Below are positions 17,901 through 26,857 of a stretch of DNA of 26,865 bases, one piece after another. The position numbers and the translations under genes are program-made. The DNA comes from Planctomycetota bacterium (GTDB lineage Bacteria > Planctomycetota > UBA11346), in assembly GCA_038213805.1 (NCBI GenBank), contig JBBQSO010000073.1:1-26865 (forward strand), written 5' to 3'. The notes under the pieces are model-generated. The model did no database searches. It saw only the letters and a list, made by a program, of their open reading frames with translations, and was not told the DNA's origin. Within the stretch, counting starts at the first letter, position 1. Each line of letters begins with the position of its first letter.

Positions 17901-18959
17901 TCAGGCCTTGTTCGGGTTGTTGTCGGGATTCGCGATCGAGGTGCGCATCTCGGTGTCGGCCTGGACGTTCTTCAGATTGTAGTAGTCCATCACGCCCAGC
18001 CGGCCGCTGCGGAAGGCTTCAGCGATCGCCAGCGGGATCTCGGCCTCGGCCAGCACCACCTTGGCGCGGTTCTCGGCCACCATCGCCACCATCTCCTGCT
18101 CACGCGCCACGGCCATGGCGCGGCGCTGCTCGGCCTCGGCCTGGGCGATCTTCTTCTGCGCCTCGGCCTTGTCGGTGTCCAGGCGCGCGCCGATGTTCTC
18201 GCCGACGATGACGTCGGCGATGTCGATCGACAGGATCTGGAAGGCGGTGCCCGCGTCGAGCGCCGAGTCGAGCACGGTCTTGCTGATGCTGCGCGGGTTC
18301 TCGAGCACCTCCATGTGGTTCTTGGCCGCGCCGATGGTCGAGACGATGCCCTGCCCGACGCGCGCGACGATGGTCTGCTCGGTCGCGCCGCCGACCAGGC
18401 GGTCCAGGTTGGTGCGCACCGTGACACGCGCTTTGACTTTCAGCTGGATGCCATTGCCGGCCACGCCGTCGATGGTCTGCATGTTCTGCCCGGCGCTCGG
18501 CACGTCGATGACCTTGGGGTTGACCGAGGTCTGCACCGCGTCGAGCACGTCGCGGCCGGCCAGGTCGATGGCGCAGGCACGGTCGAAGGTCAGCGGGATG
18601 TCGGCCTTGTGCGCCGCGATCAGCGCGTTGACCACGCGCGAGACGTGGCCGCCCGCCATGTAGTGGGCCTCGAGCTTGTCCGTCGGGATGTCGATGCCGG
18701 CCTTCTTGGCGGTGATGCGTGCACTGACGATGATATTGGGGTCGACCTTGCGGAAGCGCATGAAGATGATCGCCATCAGGCTGACGTTGGCGTTCGACAG
18801 CACCGACTGCAGCCACAGCTGCCAGGCGTTGAAGATCATGAACACGATGATCAGGCCGAAGATGCCCACCACCGCGAGGATGCCCAGGCTGACGATGTTG
18901 CCGTTGTCGCCGAAGGGCCCGGCGAGGAGGGGGTTGAGGAGCACGGCGGGGTTGAGCAT
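17901..18959 (-). CDS. floA: Flotillin-like protein FloA (YqfA/YdfA family)
   Basis: [102 protein letters not shown]. Confidence 0.95.
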   Translation of the reverse strand: MLNPAVLLNPLLAGPFGDNGNIVSLGILAVVGIFGLIIVFMIFNAWQLWLQSVLSNANVSLMAIIFMRFRKVDPNIIVSARITAKKAGIDIPTDKLEAHYMAGGHVSRVVNALIAAHKADIPLTFDRACAIDLAGRDVLDAVQTSVNPKVIDVPSAGQNMQTIDGVAGNGIQLKVKARVTVRTNLDRLVGGATEQTIVARVGQGIVSTIGAAKNHMEVLENPRSISKTVLDSALDAGTAFQILSIDIADVIVGENIGARLDTDKAEAQKKIAQAEAEQRRAMAVAREQEMVAMVAENRAKVVLAEAEIPLAIAEAFRSGRLGVMDYYNLKNVQADTEMRTSIANPDNNPNKA

Positions 18960-19097
18960 GGCGGTTCCGGTTCTATCTGGTCGGCGCGCTACCGCGGCAG
19001 GCGCCGCGTCGCGAGGAGGTGATGGGAAGGTGAGCGGCAGCGTGCGCAGCCGCGGTGGCGATCAAGGCGGCAGGCGAGCAGGCGGAGCGCACGCGCG

Positions 19098-19682
19098 TCA
19101 GGCCTTCTGCACCAGCACACTTGGTCCGCTGATGGCGATCACCACCACCGCGTCGCCGCTGCGCGCGGTCGCGCCCTGCACCTCGACGTCCAGCTCGCGG
19201 CCGCCGCCTTTGCCGGCGAAGCGCGCGCGGCCAGCCGGAAAGGCGTCGGTGACCAGCACCCCGGTGCTGCCCACCTGTACGCCGATGGCGGTCGCGGCGT
19301 GGCGGTAGCCAGCGTCGGCGGTGATCTCGGCGCGCGGCACAGCGCGCGATCGCTGCATGCGCGCCAGGCCCCAGGTGGTGACCAGGGCGCCGGCGACGGG
19401 CGAGGCGATGACAAACGCATAGCCGAGTCCCGGGGCCACGGAAAAAGCCATGGCGCACGCCGCCAGCGCGCAGCCCAGCGCGGCGACCGCGAGCAGGCCC
19501 CAGCTGACGAGCAGGAACTCGACCGCCAGCAGCACCGCGGCCAGGCCGAGCATCATCACCGCACCCACCAACGTCCCGAACGGGAATCCGGCTGCCTCTG
19601 CGGGCCCGGCTGCCGGCGCCTGCGCGGGCAGCTGCGCGAGCGCGCCGCCTGCCGCCACCAGCAATGTGTGCAGCACGGTCAT
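19098..19682 (-). CDS. Short NfeD-family membrane protein (TM helices + C-terminal OB fold)
   Basis: ATG overlaps the upstream stop (TGATG); hydrophobic helices with EFLLVSWG; VGSTGVLVTDAFPAGRARF..LDV OB-fold motif. Confidence 0.82.
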   Translation of the reverse strand: MTVLHTLLVAAGGALAQLPAQAPAAGPAEAAGFPFGTLVGAVMMLGLAAVLLAVEFLLVSWGLLAVAALGCALAACAMAFSVAPGLGYAFVIASPVAGALVTTWGLARMQRSRAVPRAEITADAGYRHAATAIGVQVGSTGVLVTDAFPAGRARFAGKGGGRELDVEVQGATARSGDAVVVIAISGPSVLVQKA

Positions 19683-21250
19683 CACGACACCACCGGCCCC
19701 GGCGCCGCGGCCGTGGTTCCCGGCGTCTCGGTGACCAGCCGCACGATGGCCTCGCCGAAGCGCACCGCCACGATCTCGACGGTGGTCCCGACCGCGATGT
19801 ACTCGCCGTGCTCGCTGCTCGCGCCCAGGTCGCGCCCATTGATCACCACGAAGCCGCCGGGGCTCAGCGGGGTGCGCACCGTCACGTGCCGGCCGATCAG
19901 ACTGGCGGCGTGACGCTCGGCCTCGCCCGCACTGGTGCCGCCGATCACCGCGGTCGAGGCCAGGCGGCGCATGACCTTCAGGTTGGGCAAGGCGATGACG
20001 ATGAACACCGCCCCGGCGATCATCGCCACCAGCGCCAGCGAGCTGTGCAGCAGTGCCGACAGCAGCTCGTTTCCCCAGTTCGGCGAGGATGGGCTGAACT
20101 GGTCGATGTCCGGCATGAACGACAGCACCAGGCCGGTGGCGCCCATCGCCACGCCGAGCAGCGCCAACCAACCCCCGGTCGGCACGAATAGCAACTCGGT
20201 CATCACCGCCAGCACGCCCACCACCAGCAGCACCAGCTCAAGCGAGCCGGCGAGATCCTGGTAGTACTGGCAGATGAAGAAGCCCGCGCCGCAGATCCCG
20301 GCCAGCACCAGCCACAGGCCGACGCCCGGGGCCTTGAATTCCATGGCCAGGAAGAACACCGCCGCCGCCGCCAGAATTGGCGCCCAGCCGGCGAGCTTCC
20401 AGCTGATCTCCTCGGTGCGGCTCGGGCTCAGGTCGAGGACCGTGGCGCTGGTGGTGCCCAGCTGCGCGTAGAGCGCATCGAGCCCGGCGACCAGCCCGGT
20501 GGCCATGTGCTCCTGCACCGCGTCGTGCGCGGTATAGCTCAGCAGCCGGTCGTGGCCGAGCAGCACGACTTTGCTCGACCCGTCGACCTCCGGATGGTCG
20601 GCAAGGAAGCGCGGCAGGTCGTCCTCGATGACGAACTGCGGCCCGCTCTTGGCGTCCTTGCCGTCGAAGCGGTAGAGGTCCTGGTTGCGCGCCGTCATCT
20701 TGACCAGCTTCGCCTCGTTCCAGCCCTTGTTCTGCGCGGCATTGCGCAGCAGCGTGCGCACCACCGTCTCGATCTTCTCCGGCCCGTAGGTGATGGCGCC
20801 GTCGCTGCCCTGCATGATCACACCGATGTCACCCAGGGTGGCGCCCTCGGTCAGCCAGATCTCATCGTTGCCATAAGCGATCAGCGAGCCGGCCGAATAG
20901 GAGTGGTGGTCGATGAAGGCGACCATGCGCGGCCCCGGCTTCGGCACGCCCATCGCCATCGACATCATGTCCGAACCGCCGCCGAGGGTACCGCCATTGG
21001 TGGTCAGGTGCACGACCACGGAATCGACCTTCGCCGCCACCGCCTGCTCGAGCGCATGCTTGAAGTAGGAGGCGCGCAGCTCGTTGATATCGCCATCGAT
21101 CGGGATGTAGGCGACGCGGTGACCCGCCGCCGCCGCGCCGGCCGTCACCGCAGGAGGGGTCACTGGTGCCGGGACCGGCACGACGGGTTCAGCCGCGCCG
21201 ATGACGGCAGCGAGGAGGAGCAATGCGAAGCAGGCGGACGTGCGGACCAT
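19682..21250 (-). CDS. nfeD: Long NfeD (YqeZ-like) membrane-bound ClpP-class serine protease
   Basis: Signal peptide from ATG 21250; IPIDGDI, LTTNGG, AFI..SYSAGSLIA (Ser), EKI (Lys); EFKAPGVG transmembrane region; TPLSPGG OB fold. Confidence 0.88.
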   Translation of the reverse strand: MVRTSACFALLLLAAVIGAAEPVVPVPAPVTPPAVTAGAAAAGHRVAYIPIDGDINELRASYFKHALEQAVAAKVDSVVVHLTTNGGTLGGGSDMMSMAMGVPKPGPRMVAFIDHHSYSAGSLIAYGNDEIWLTEGATLGDIGVIMQGSDGAITYGPEKIETVVRTLLRNAAQNKGWNEAKLVKMTARNQDLYRFDGKDAKSGPQFVIEDDLPRFLADHPEVDGSSKVVLLGHDRLLSYTAHDAVQEHMATGLVAGLDALYAQLGTTSATVLDLSPSRTEEISWKLAGWAPILAAAAVFFLAMEFKAPGVGLWLVLAGICGAGFFICQYYQDLAGSLELVLLVVGVLAVMTELLFVPTGGWLALLGVAMGATGLVLSFMPDIDQFSPSSPNWGNELLSALLHSSLALVAMIAGAVFIVIALPNLKVMRRLASTAVIGGTSAGEAERHAASLIGRHVTVRTPLSPGGFVVINGRDLGASSEHGEYIAVGTTVEIVAVRFGEAIVRLVTETPGTTAAAPGPVVS

Positions 21251-21430
21251 GCGCCTCACGATAGCGCTCGCCGGTCCGCCACCAACCCTTCCCCTGCGGC
21301 AGCCCACCACCGACTCGCATCGTCCCAACCGCTTGCAGCGCCAGACTCGTCGCGGATAACGCGCCCTCCAGCGCCGTATCCCGCGCTGCGCCGTAGGTGC
21401 ACTTCTCGCTTCTCGCATGCGGACGTCCTT

Positions 21431-21465
21431 CGCACTCCGCACCTCGCACTCCGCACTCCGCACCC
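21431..21465 (+). repeat. Degenerate heptamer array (CGCACTC)x5
   Basis: CGCACTC CGCACCT CGCACTC CGCACTC CGCACCC; same unit as the array at 12370. Confidence 0.85.
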
Positions 21466-21506
21466 TCCACCGTCCCTCCTGTCTCGCCTCCCCAAGGACC
21501 CTCCCC

Positions 21507-22721
21507 ATGCCTCTCACCCCCGGCACCGTCGTCATCGGCCAATCCGGCGGCCCCACCGCCGTGATCAACCAGACTCTGGTCGGCGTGGTCACGGCCGCCC
21601 TCGCCCAGCGCGCCGCCTTCCCGCGCGTGCTCGGCGCGATCCGCGGCATCCAGGGCATCCTCGATGGCGACTTCTGCGACTTCGCCAAGGAGGACCCCGC
21701 CAATCTCGAGGTAGTCGCCGGCACGCCCTCGGCCGCGCTGAAGTCGGTGCGACTGAAGCCCACTCCCGAGGTCTGCCAGAAGGTCTTGGCGCGCTTCAAG
21801 GCCGAGGGCGTGCGCGCCTTCTTCTACATCGGCGGCAACGACACCGCCGAGACCGCGCACATCATCAACGAGATGGCGGAGCAGGACGGCTACGAGCTCG
21901 CCTGCTTCCACTGCCCCAAGACCATCGACAACGACCTGCGCGTCACCGACCACTGCCCGGGCTTCGGCTCGGCCGCCAAGTGGGTGGCCCAGGCCTTCAT
22001 GGGGGACAACCTCGACAACCGCAGCCTGGGCGGCATCAAGATCAACATCGTCATGGGTCGCAACGCCGGCTGGTTGACCGCGGCCAGCGCCCTGGCGCGG
22101 GTCTTTCCGGACGACGGCCCCCACCTCATCTACTGCCCCGAGACCGACTTCTCGCTGGAGCGCTTCTGCGCCGACGTGCTCGCCGTCCAGCAGCGCCTCG
22201 GCCGCTGCGTGATCGCGGTCTCCGAGGGCATCCACGGCCCCGGCGGCAAAGAGATCGTCGACCTCGGCGAGGTCGACAGCCACGGCAACAAGCAACTCTC
22301 CGGCTCGGGCGCACTCGGCGATTTCCTGGCCGGCGTGCTCAAGGCCCACCTCGCCAAGGCCACCCCCGGAGTGAAATACCGCATCCGCGCCGACACCTTC
22401 GGCTACCTGCAGCGCTGCTTCCCCGGCGTGACCAGCGACGTCGACGCCGCCGAGGCCCGCCGCGTCGGCACCGACGCCGTGGCCGCGGCACTACGCGGCG
22501 AGCGTAGCGGCTCGATCGCCTTCCGCCGCACCGGCGAGGGCGCCGCGTATGCCGTCGAGACCTTCGTCACGCCCCTGCGCACCGTCGCCAAGGACACCCG
22601 CACCCTGCCACGGGACTGGCTCAACGCGGCCGGCAACGACACCGTCGACGCCAAGTTGCTGCCCTATCTGCGGCCGCTGGTGGGAACGCTGCCGGCGATC
22701 GGGCGGTTGATCGGGGGGTGA
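21507..22721 (+). CDS. pfp: Phosphofructokinase, probably PPi-dependent
   Basis: QSGGPTAVIN, GGND (Asp at the PPi-specificity position), PKTIDND, PGFGSAA, MGRNAGWL, VSEG, GYLQR. Confidence 0.9.
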   Translation: MPLTPGTVVIGQSGGPTAVINQTLVGVVTAALAQRAAFPRVLGAIRGIQGILDGDFCDFAKEDPANLEVVAGTPSAALKSVRLKPTPEVCQKVLARFKAEGVRAFFYIGGNDTAETAHIINEMAEQDGYELACFHCPKTIDNDLRVTDHCPGFGSAAKWVAQAFMGDNLDNRSLGGIKINIVMGRNAGWLTAASALARVFPDDGPHLIYCPETDFSLERFCADVLAVQQRLGRCVIAVSEGIHGPGGKEIVDLGEVDSHGNKQLSGSGALGDFLAGVLKAHLAKATPGVKYRIRADTFGYLQRCFPGVTSDVDAAEARRVGTDAVAAALRGERSGSIAFRRTGEGAAYAVETFVTPLRTVAKDTRTLPRDWLNAAGNDTVDAKLLPYLRPLVGTLPAIGRLIGG

Positions 22722-22955
22722 GCGGGTCTCGGCTACGCGTGGCGCGTCTGTCGGAAGCGCCTGCCCGGACTCGTTTCCACAGAACAACCGGGGTGTGACA
22801 CGGCTGCCCACCCCTGAGATGGGTACCGCCAGCACCGCGCATCTGCCTCCTATATCTACGCTCCCTTCCCGATACTGCGAAACGCCCGGCCTTCATCTGA
22901 ACCGGCTGGCCGCCCTGATGGGCGCGCAAACAATCCCAACCACCTGGACCATCCC

Positions 22956-24602
22956 ATGAGCCAACCCTCCGATCTGCCGGTACCTGATCATAATGCCAAG
23001 CGGCTGCTGCTCGCCGGATCCATGGCGATCCTCGCCGCGGCCGTTGGGTTCGCCATCCGCGGCGGCATCTTCGCCAACTGGGGTGCGGACTTCGGGTTCA
23101 CCGGTGCCCAGCTCGGCGCCATCGGCGGAGCGGGCTTCACCGGCTTCTGCTTCGGCATCATCATCGCCGGCGTGATCGTCGACAAGCTCGGCTACGGCAA
23201 GCTCATCGTCGCCGCCTTCGCCCTCCACGTGTTGTCCGCCTTCGTCACCTTTGGCGCGACCAAGGGCCAGGACCCGGCCACCGCCTACAACTTCCTCTTC
23301 TGGGGCATGTTCCTGTTCGCACTGGCGAATGGCGCGCTCGAGGGCGTGGCCAACCCGCTGGTCTCGACGCTGTTCCCGCAGAACCGCACTCACTACCTCA
23401 ACATTCTCCACGCCAGCTGGCCCGCCGGCCTCGTCCTCGGCGGCGTCGCGGGCTGGCTGCTCGGCACCGACTCCCTGCTCGGCGGAAAGGAAGGCTTCAG
23501 CTGGAAGCTGCAGCTCAGCCTGTACCTGATTCCCACTGTGCTCTACGGCATCCTCTTCCTCGGTCAGCGCTTCCCCAAGTCCGAGGCGGCCGCCAAGGGG
23601 CTGAAAATCGGCGAGATGTTCAAGGACGTCGGCATCCTCGGCGGTCTCGTCGTATGCGCGCTGCTGGCGGTGTTCTTCGGCGGCACCCTGGCGCCCCTGC
23701 TGACCCCGGCCAACGCCGACGCCGCGACCGCTGCGGCCGCCGCCAAGAACGCCGGCCTCATCGGTTACGGCATCGGCTTCGTCCTGCTGGTGATCATCGG
23801 TGTCATCACGCGCTTCTCGATCGGCTCGGTGCTCCTGTTCGTGCTCTTCATCGCCCACCTGCTGATCGGCTCCGTCGAGCTCGGCACCGATGGCTGGATT
23901 CAGAACATCACCGGCAACATCCTCTCGCCCAGCGAAGGCAAGCTGCTCTTCGTGTTCACCTCCCTGGTGATGTTCGGCCTGCGCTTCAGCGCCCACTTCA
24001 TCGAAAAGACCCTCAAGCTCTCGCCAGTGGGTCTGCTCCTGATCTGTGCCTCCCTCGCGGTGGTCGGCCTCAACCTCGCCAGCGCGATCACCACCTTCGC
24101 TGGCGCTCTGGTGGCGCTCTTCGTGTATGCGCTGGGCAAGACCTTCTTCTGGCCGACCATGCTCGCGATCGTCGGCGATCGCTTTCCGCGCAGCGGCGCG
24201 GTGGCGATGTCGATCATGGGCGGTATCGGCATGATGTCGGTCGGCCTGCTCGGTAGCCCGGGACTCGGCTATGCCAAGGACCGCTTTGCCGGGGAGGCGC
24301 TCCAGGCCTCGAACGCAGAGGCCTTCACCGCCTACCAGGCGTCCGCGCCCAGCACGTTCCTGTTCTTGGCCCCGGCGGTCGGGCTGGACGGTACCAAGCT
24401 CGCGGAGGTCCAGAAGAAGGACGCGACCCTGCGCACGCCGAACGAACAGTCGGTCGCAGCCGCGAGCATCGCAGGCGATCGCAAGACGCTGACGGCCGAT
24501 TCGTTCATCCCCGCCATTATGGCAGTGATCTACCTCTTCCTGCTCATCTACTTCAAGACCATCGGCGGATACAAGCCTGTGCGCATCGCCGAAACGGAGT
24601 GA
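22956..24602 (+). CDS. MFS transporter, probably sugar
   Basis: About 12 hydrophobic helices; motif A-like [49 protein letters not shown]. Confidence 0.9.
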   Translation: MSQPSDLPVPDHNAKRLLLAGSMAILAAAVGFAIRGGIFANWGADFGFTGAQLGAIGGAGFTGFCFGIIIAGVIVDKLGYGKLIVAAFALHVLSAFVTFGATKGQDPATAYNFLFWGMFLFALANGALEGVANPLVSTLFPQNRTHYLNILHASWPAGLVLGGVAGWLLGTDSLLGGKEGFSWKLQLSLYLIPTVLYGILFLGQRFPKSEAAAKGLKIGEMFKDVGILGGLVVCALLAVFFGGTLAPLLTPANADAATAAAAAKNAGLIGYGIGFVLLVIIGVITRFSIGSVLLFVLFIAHLLIGSVELGTDGWIQNITGNILSPSEGKLLFVFTSLVMFGLRFSAHFIEKTLKLSPVGLLLICASLAVVGLNLASAITTFAGALVALFVYALGKTFFWPTMLAIVGDRFPRSGAVAMSIMGGIGMMSVGLLGSPGLGYAKDRFAGEALQASNAEAFTAYQASAPSTFLFLAPAVGLDGTKLAEVQKKDATLRTPNEQSVAAASIAGDRKTLTADSFIPAIMAVIYLFLLIYFKTIGGYKPVRIAETE

Positions 24603-24644
24603 GTTCTTCGGCCAGGTCTGACCGCTGCTGATGCGGCCTGGCCC

Positions 24645-24682
24645 AACGAATAACCCCCGGCGATCGCCGGGGGTTATTCGTT
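24645..24682. terminator. Perfect 38-bp palindrome; likely bidirectional terminator or REP-like element
   Basis: AACGAATAACCCCCGGCGA|TCGCCGGGGGTTATTCGTT between the convergent MFS and epimerase genes. Confidence 0.7.
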
Positions 24683-24725
24683 TGCTACATGGCTCGGTGG
24701 CTTGGGCCCGCGAAGGCGCGCCCGT

Positions 24726-25736
24726 TCACTTTTTCGTCTTGGCCTTGGATTTGGCTGTCGCGCTCGCTTTCGTGGGAGACTTCCCCTTCGCCTTGCTCCC
24801 GCTGGCCGTCTTGGCCTTCTTGGCGACCGCCTGGGCCTTCGTCTTCGCCACGCCCTTAGCCACCTTCTTCGCCACCGGCTTCTTACCGCTGCGCTTCGCC
24901 CACTCACGCTTCATGAAGCGCAGGCCGTCCCCCGCCAGCTGCTCCTCGCTGACGAACATGCGCCGCCAGATCTTGGTCGCTGCGGCCAGGCTGGGCAGGG
25001 CCAGGCCGAAGGCCTCAATGGTCAGCCAGCCGTCGTACTTGATCTTCTTGAGGCCGTCGAAGGTCGCCTGCCAGTTTACCTGACCCAGGCCGGGCGTCGA
25101 ACGGTCGTTCTCGCTGATGTGGACGTGCGCCAGCACGTCCGCGCACGACTTCAGCGCTGCGCCGATGTCCTTCTCCTCGATGTTGGCATGGAAGGTGTCG
25201 TACATCATCTTGCACGCCGGGTGATTGACCTCGCGCGCGAAACGCGCCGCGTCGGCCGCGTTGTTGAGCAGGTAGATCTCGAAGCGGTTGAGGAACTCCA
25301 GCACCAGCGTGATGTCGAGCTTGCCCGCGTACTGTGCGACCTCGCGGATGCCCTGCACCGCCCAGCCCCACTCATCGGCGGTCGGGCCCTGGCCGCTGAA
25401 GTGGCCGAGCGGTGCGTAGTACGGGCCAGCGAGGTGGGTGGCGCCGACGATTTTCATGCAGTCGAGCACGCGCTTGGTCAGCTCCACGCCCTTGGCGCGC
25501 ACCGCCGGATCGGGGCTGATCGGGCTGTCGGCGAGGGTACGCACGGTCACCGCGGTGCGCCCCAGGCCGAGATCGTCCAGGCGCTTGCCGAGGATCTTCC
25601 AGCGCGCCTCGTCCAGGCTGAAGATCGGCAGCTCGACACCGTCGAAGCCGAGCTTCTTGAGGCGTTGGAGGACGGGCAGGAACGAGTCCTGGGTGGGGTC
25701 GTCGGTCCACAGCAGCAGATTCATGCCGAATTTCAT
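24726..25736 (-). CDS. Sugar phosphate isomerase/epimerase (D-tagatose/D-psicose 3-epimerase-like TIM barrel) with a Lys/Ala-rich C-terminal tail
   Basis: MKFGMNLLLWT, GFDGVELP, and metal/catalytic motifs LEFLNRFE, YDTFHANIEE, HVHISENDRSTPG.G, YDGWLTIEAF; GGAG upstream of ATG 25736. Confidence 0.92.
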   Translation of the reverse strand: MKFGMNLLLWTDDPTQDSFLPVLQRLKKLGFDGVELPIFSLDEARWKILGKRLDDLGLGRTAVTVRTLADSPISPDPAVRAKGVELTKRVLDCMKIVGATHLAGPYYAPLGHFSGQGPTADEWGWAVQGIREVAQYAGKLDITLVLEFLNRFEIYLLNNAADAARFAREVNHPACKMMYDTFHANIEEKDIGAALKSCADVLAHVHISENDRSTPGLGQVNWQATFDGLKKIKYDGWLTIEAFGLALPSLAAATKIWRRMFVSEEQLAGDGLRFMKREWAKRSGKKPVAKKVAKGVAKTKAQAVAKKAKTASGSKAKGKSPTKASATAKSKAKTKK

Positions 25737-26183
25737 GCGCGCTCCTGAACGGGTGGTGCGGGCCTGGGGCCCGTTTTTCGTGTCTGCGCAGGCTGCGCGC
25801 GCGGCCGGCTCGCGCAACCCCGGTCCTGTGCCATAACCCGGACGCTGCCGCTCAGTCGTGACGCGGACGACGAATGCCCCCACCATTCGCGAATCCGCAC
25901 CAACGATGTGATGCAGGTGCGGTAGCATGCGGCCCGGGTTCCGGGGGTGCGTACCGTCACCGGGAAACCCGGCGCGCGTGCGTCTGGCGATCAGGGGCAG
26001 GGCGGAACGCATCCGTTCGAGGAGACATTCAAGGGAGACGGCATGGCGCGAGCTGTGCGGCCCTGTGCGGGCAGAGGTTGCGCGGAACGCCGCGCCCGGC
26101 ATCGTCGCCCCTACCACGCCGCGGCTCAACGGCAGCCCGCGCCCGACGTCTCTCTTCAAACCCATTCCCCGGATCATCCCGCC

Positions 26184-26717
26184 ATGCGCACGCTCCTCGC
26201 CCTCGGTCTCCTCCTCTCCGCTGCCACCGGCCTCTCCGCCGCCGACTACATGACCAAGGACGGCACCAAGCTGCCCGCGTTCGAAGAGCTCGCGAAGCTG
26301 AACGGCGACGCCGCCAAGGGTCAGACCTTCTTCATGACCTTCTGCTTCATGTGCCACCAGGTGAAGGGCCAGGGCATCGACTTCGGACCGAACCTCACCG
26401 AAGTCGGCACCCGCCTGCCCAAGGACAAGCTCTTCGAGTCGATCGTGAACCCCAGCGCGGTCATCGCCCAGGGCTTCGACACCGTGATGCTGACCCTCGA
26501 GGACGGCAGCACCCCGATCGGCATCGTCGCCAGCGAGGATAAGGACCAGATCTCGATGAAGGCCATCGGCGGCGTCGTCACCAAATACGCCAAGGCCGAC
26601 GTCACCGCGCGCGCCAAGCTGCCGATGTCCCAGATGCTGCCCAACCTGCAGGCCAACATGACGCAGCAGGATCTCGTAGATCTCGTGGCTTACCTGTCGA
26701 CGTTGAAGAAGCCGTGA
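26184..26717 (+). CDS. Exported stand-alone monoheme c-type cytochrome (PVC-type heme-binding domain)
   Basis: Signal peptide MRTLLALGLLLSAATGLSA; GDAAKGQTFF..CFMCH..G.G.DFGPNLTEVG..ESIVNPS..SQM..DLVAYL. Confidence 0.9.
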   Translation: MRTLLALGLLLSAATGLSAADYMTKDGTKLPAFEELAKLNGDAAKGQTFFMTFCFMCHQVKGQGIDFGPNLTEVGTRLPKDKLFESIVNPSAVIAQGFDTVMLTLEDGSTPIGIVASEDKDQISMKAIGGVVTKYAKADVTARAKLPMSQMLPNLQANMTQQDLVDLVAYLSTLKKP

Positions 26718-26857
26718 ATGGCTGATGGCTGATGGCTGATGGCTGATGGCTGATGGCTGATGGCTGATGGCTGATGGCTGATGGCTGATGGCTGATGGCT
26801 GATGGCTGATGGCTGATGGCTGATGGCTGATGGCTGATGGCTGAATTATCATGGCTG
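26718..26857 (+). repeat. Heptamer microsatellite (ATGGCTG)x18, one 7-nt interruption, one further copy
   Basis: 18 exact copies over 26718-26843, then AATTATC, then ATGGCTG at 26851-26857 in the same phase. Confidence 0.97.

Noticed and set aside
24897..25736. Endonuclease IV assignment for the TIM-barrel protein, prompted by its basic tail
   Set aside because: The motifs (EFLNRFE, DTFH.NIEE, H.SENDR..PG.G) fit the ketose 3-epimerase branch rather than the Zn-binding pattern of Nfo.
26718..26857. CRISPR array interpretation of the repeat tracts
   Set aside because: The units are 7 bp with no unique spacers of CRISPR length, and no cas genes are present.
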